64,000 bases of DNA from an uncultured Eubacteriales bacterium (lineage in GTDB: Bacteria > Bacillota > Clostridia > Oscillospirales > QAMX01): the NCBI GenBank assembly GCA_959600635.1, contig CAUGMN010000003.1, positions 6,527 through 70,526 of the forward strand, given 5' to 3'. Under the pieces are notes generated by a model that was given only the letters and a program-made list of their open reading frames with translations, had not been told where the DNA came from and did no database searches. A program made the position numbers and the translations under genes. Positions 60,309 to 64,000 of this stretch are shown here, piece after piece (positions within the stretch are counted from its first letter, which is position 1; each line of letters starts with the position of its first letter).

Positions 60309-63300
60309 TCACAGCTCAAACAGCGAGAACTGGCTGCTCGCAGGGATATCGCCGAAGGCGCCGGCCATGCGCAGCGCGTCGACCACGGCGAGAGAACAGT
60401 GCCGGCAGCGCGCCATAAACTCCTCGACGGAGGAAAACGGCTCTTTTTTTCGCTCCTCGGCGATCTCGGCGGCGGCGATGTCGCCGAGGCCGGGCACCGC
60501 GCGGAACGGCAGCCGCAGCGCGTTTTCTTCCTTATATATTTTGAAATACGCCGGCTCCGAGTCGTAGATATCGACGGGCAGGAAGTGGAAGCCGCGCAGA
60601 TAGTATTCGTGCACGATTTCCAGCGTGCGCCGCAGCTCCTTGTCGTTCTGCGTCATTTTAAACGACGGGATCTGGTTGATCTCGGCGAGCTTGCGTTTGA
60701 CGGCCTCGTCGCCGCCGAGCATGGCCTCGCCGTCGAGCGCGACGGCCTTGATCGAGAAAAACGACCCGTAGTAGGCGAGCGGATGATAGACCTTGTACCA
60801 GGCGATGCGGATCGCCATGAGCACGTAGGCCGTCGCGTGCGCCTTGGGAAACAGGTAGCTGATCAGGTTACAGGAATCCAGATACCACTGCGGGACGCCG
60901 TGGGCGAGCATTTCCTTTTCCCATTCGGCGGTGAGCTTTTTGCCGTCGGGCTGGCGCTTGGGCTTTCTGACCTTTTCCATGATCGTAAACGCCAGCTTCG
61001 GCTCCATGCCGACGCTGATGAGGTAGTTCATGATATCGTCGCGGCAGCAGATGCACTCGGAGAGCTTCATGCCCTTTTCCTTGATGAGCATTTCGGCGTT
61101 GCCGAGCCAGACGTCGGTGCCGTGCGAGATGCCGGAAATGCGGATCAGGTCGGCGACGTTTCTCGGCTGCGTGTCGTCGAGCATGGCGCGGACGAAGCCG
61201 GTGCCGAATTCCGGGATGCCCAGAGCGCCGTTCTTGCCGGTGATCTCGTCGCCCTCGATGCCGAGCGGCTCTGGGGTCGTAAAGATGTCGAGCGCGCCGC
61301 GGTCGTCGAGCGGAATCTCGGTAAACGGGACGCCGGTGTTGTCTTCCAGATAGCGCAGCACAGTCGGGTCGTCCTTGCCCAGAAGGTCGAATTTGAGCAG
61401 GTTGGTGTCGATGGAATGGTAATCGACATGGGTGATGACCGTGTCGGCGTCGGTTTTGTCGGCCGGATGACAGACCGGACAGAATTCATAGATCTCCTTG
61501 CCCTTGGGCACGACGATCAGGCCGCCGGGGTGCTGGCCGGTCGTGCGCTTGACGCCGACGCAGCCGGCGGCGAGGCGCGCTTCGTCGGTTTTGGTAAACT
61601 GTTTTCCGGTCTTTTCCTCATAGCTCTTGACATAGCCGTAGGCCGTGGCCTGCGCGACGGTCGAAATCGTCCCGGCGCGGAAAACGTTCTGCTCGCCGAA
61701 GAGCTCGATGGTGTGTTTATGCGCCATCGCCTGATATTCGCTGGAAAAGTTCAAATCGATATCCGGGTCCTTGTCGCCGTCGAAGCCCAGAAAGGTCGCA
61801 AACGGGATCGCGTAGCCGTCCTTGACCATGCGCGTCCCGCATTTGGGACAGTCCTTGTCCTCCATATCCACGCCGCAGTCGTCGTATTCGGGGTGAAACT
61901 CCGAAAAGCGGCAGGATGGGCAGCGGTAGTGCGGCGGCAGCGCGTTGACCTCGGTGATGCCGGAGAAAAAGGCGACGATGCTCGAGCCGACCGAGCCCCG
62001 CGAGCCGACGACATAGCCGTTTTCCTCGCTGCGCGCAATCAGCTTCTGCGCGAACATGTACATGACGTCGAAGCCGTGGCCGATAATGGCGTCGAGCTCG
62101 CGCTGAACCAGGCTCTCGACGATCTCCGGCAGCTCGTCGCCGTACATGGCGTGCGCGCGCGTCCACGTCAGATTGCGCAGCTCGTCGGCCGAGCCGGGCA
62201 GCTCGGGCGGGAAGAGCCCGTCGGGAAACGGCTTGATCGGCTCGCACTGGTCGGCGATCAGGTTGGTATTCTCAACGACGACCTCATAGGCCTTCTTCGG
62301 CCCCAGATAGTCGAACTCCGCGAGCATCTCGTCGGTCGTCCGCAGATAGAGCGGCGCCTGATCGTCGGCGTCGGGAAAGCCCTCGTTGGTCATGATGACG
62401 GCGCGGTAAACCGCGTCTTCTGCGTCGAGAAAATGCACGTCGCCGGTGGCGACGACGGGGATATGCAGCTCGTCGCCGAGCCTGACGATGGTGCGGTTAA
62501 AATTGATCAGGTCCTCATGGGTATATTTGACGACCTCGGTCTTTGATTTTTTATAGCCGCTCTTGGTGAGAAATTCGTTGTTTCCCAGCGGCTGAATTTC
62601 GAGAAAATCATAGTATTTGGCGATCTTTTTCAGTTCCTGATACGATTTTCCGTCCAGCATGGCGCGGAACAGCTCGCCCGCCTCGCAGGCGCTGCCGACG
62701 ATCAGACCCTCGCGGTACTTGTCCAGCTCGTGCCGCGGCACAACCGGCTGCTTGCGGCGGTTCATGTATTTCAGGTGTCCGTAGGAGACGAGGCGGTAGA
62801 GGTTGACAAGCCCCGTCCTGTTTTTGGCCAGCAGGATGATGTGGCGCACCGGCAGCGTGCCGAGCCCCGAGCCGCCGTAAACGTTTTCGCGCCGCAGATC
62901 CGACATGCGCGCGTTGATTTCCGAGACGCGCTCCACGCCGAGCGCGCGCATGCGGCGGACAAATTCAATGAAGATCAGCGCCAGCACTCTGGTGTCCTCG
63001 GAGGCGCTGTGGTGCCGGAATTTCGGCAGCTTCAAGCCCTCGGCGACGACGTTCAGCTTGTGGCGCGACAGCTCCGGCATCAGCGTCCTCGCCAGCTCCA
63101 GCGTGTCGATCGAGGTCATCTCCCACGGATTTCCGCTGTCGGCGCTGACCTTTTCGATAAACGAGGTATCGAACTGGGCGTTGTGCGCGACGACGACGCG
63201 GTCGCCGCAGAATTCGCGGAACCTCGCCACGCCCTCGGCCTGCGAGACGGCGTCGGCCACGGTCGCGTCGGAAATGCCGGTCAGCTCGGTGATAAAGGCC

Positions 63301-64000
63301 GGGATGGGGCGGCCGGGGTTGGTATAGGTCTGAAACGTCTCGCAGATCTCGCCGTCGCGGACGAGCACGGCGGCGATCTCGGTGATGCCGTCGGTCTGCG
63401 GGTTTGTCCCCGTCGATTCGATGTCAAAGCAGACGAACTCGCCGCTCAACGCCTCGTCCGCCGTTCCGCGCACAAAGGTGATGTCGTGCATGTCGTTGAC
63501 GAAATAGCCCTCCATGCCGTAGAGAACCTTGATGCCCTTGGCGGTGTGCAGCGCTTCGGGGTAGCCCTGCGTGACGCCGTGGTCGGTGACGGCGACGGCG
63601 GTATGCCCCCACGCCATCGCGCGGGAGATCAGGTCATGGGCCGTGGAAACGCCGTCCATGCGGCTCATCGACGTGTGCATGTGCAGCTCGACGCGCTTTT
63701 TCTCGGCGTTGTCGGGGCGGATCTTCTTCTTGGATATGTAGAGGTCGATGGGCTTCATCGTATAGTCTTCGTAAAACCGGTCGTATTCCATGTCGCCGCG
63801 CACGCGCAGATACGTTCCCACGTCGACCTTTTGCAGCAGCAGCTCGGCGTCGGCCTTGGGCAGGATGCGCTTGATGCGCACCGCGCCCTTTTTGTCGGTG
63901 ATGTCGAGGTTGATCACCACCGAGCGCCCCTCCTGGATTTCGCGCGTGTCGACGGCGAAGACTGCGCCCTCGGCGGCGATGCGGCCGTTCTGGTTCTGGA
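60309..64000 (-). CDS. polC: DNA polymerase III PolC-type (C-terminal ~1230 aa; N-terminus beyond window end)
   Basis: OB-fold segment, PHP domain (VELHMHTSMSRMDG), inserted DEDD exonuclease (FVCFDIESTG), Zn finger (CPSCRF...CPKCG) and polymerase core. The frame stays open from 63920 to position 64000. Confidence 0.95.
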   Translation of the reverse strand, partial: QNQNGRIAAEGAVFAVDTREIQEGRSVVINLDITDKKGAVRIKRILPKADAELLLQKVDVGTYLRVRGDMEYDRFYEDYTMKPIDLYISKKKIRPDNAEKKRVELHMHTSMSRMDGVSTAHDLISRAMAWGHTAVAVTDHGVTQGYPEALHTAKGIKVLYGMEGYFVNDMHDITFVRGTADEALSGEFVCFDIESTGTNPQTDGITEIAAVLVRDGEICETFQTYTNPGRPIPAFITELTGISDATVADAVSQAEGVARFREFCGDRVVVAHNAQFDTSFIEKVSADSGNPWEMTSIDTLELARTLMPELSRHKLNVVAEGLKLPKFRHHSASEDTRVLALIFIEFVRRMRALGVERVSEINARMSDLRRENVYGGSGLGTLPVRHIILLAKNRTGLVNLYRLVSYGHLKYMNRRKQPVVPRHELDKYREGLIVGSACEAGELFRAMLDGKSYQELKKIAKYYDFLEIQPLGNNEFLTKSGYKKSKTEVVKYTHEDLINFNRTIVRLGDELHIPVVATGDVHFLDAEDAVYRAVIMTNEGFPDADDQAPLYLRTTDEMLAEFDYLGPKKAYEVVVENTNLIADQCEPIKPFPDGLFPPELPGSADELRNLTWTRAHAMYGDELPEIVESLVQRELDAIIGHGFDVMYMFAQKLIARSEENGYVVGSRGSVGSSIVAFFSGITEVNALPPHYRCPSCRFSEFHPEYDDCGVDMEDKDCPKCGTRMVKDGYAIPFATFLGFDGDKDPDIDLNFSSEYQAMAHKHTIELFGEQNVFRAGTISTVAQATAYGYVKSYEEKTGKQFTKTDEARLAAGCVGVKRTTGQHPGGLIVVPKGKEIYEFCPVCHPADKTDADTVITHVDYHSIDTNLLKFDLLGKDDPTVLRYLEDNTGVPFTEIPLDDRGALDIFTTPEPLGIEGDEITGKNGALGIPEFGTGFVRAMLDDTQPRNVADLIRISGISHGTDVWLGNAEMLIKEKGMKLSECICCRDDIMNYLISVGMEPKLAFTIMEKVRKPKRQPDGKKLTAEWEKEMLAHGVPQWYLDSCNLISYLFPKAHATAYVLMAIRIAWYKVYHPLAYYGSFFSIKAVALDGEAMLGGDEAVKRKLAEINQIPSFKMTQNDKELRRTLEIVHEYYLRGFHFLPVDIYDSEPAYFKIYKEENALRLPFRAVPGLGDIAAAEIAEERKKEPFSSVEEFMARCRHCSLAVVDALRMAGAFGDIPASSQFSLFEL

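Overview
High-GC (roughly 60%) Firmicutes/Clostridia-type chromosome segment, as indicated by PolC, infC-rpmI-rplT, an SLH-anchored wall protein, a sortase and Gram-positive style RBSs. Most long ORFs on the strand opposite real genes are GC-driven shadow ORFs. Housekeeping genes: pyk, purL (single-chain FGAM synthase), galE-galT, infC-rpmI-rplT and polC (partial). Accessory content: a MATE exporter; a 1304-aa SLH/beta-helix wall protein; a five-gene Opp/Dpp-type ABC importer; glycan-foraging enzymes (GH29 fucosidase, GH2, Asp-box sialidase-like propeller, orphan sugar-binding lipoprotein); an orphan RACo-like corrinoid activator; a pair of half-size TSUP permeases; and several PHP phosphoesterases. 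Three regions stand out. (1) 45.9-58.6 kb holds a single-strand locus: SARP/BTAD regulator, conserved unknown protein, 1354-aa vWA/MucBP-like adhesin with a non-canonical sorting signal, class B sortase, GspF-like platform protein, four small N-terminally anchored pseudopilin-like proteins, a PilT-type ATPase as the only motor, and a transglutaminase-like lipoprotein. (2) 31.9-34.4 kb holds a decaying tandem triplication of an XRE repressor / small helical protein cassette, in which each copy has its own palindromic operator that co-varies with the HTH domain. (3) The Opp transporter has a permease with an inserted RCC1-like beta-propeller and an ATPase with a ~185-aa coiled-coil insert. Also notable: a ThyX-fold protein lacking the RHR motif, a hairpin-forming 52-bp tandem repeat array, and homopolymer tracts in promoter regions. 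All calls come from reading the sequence and ORF translations; no database search was run.
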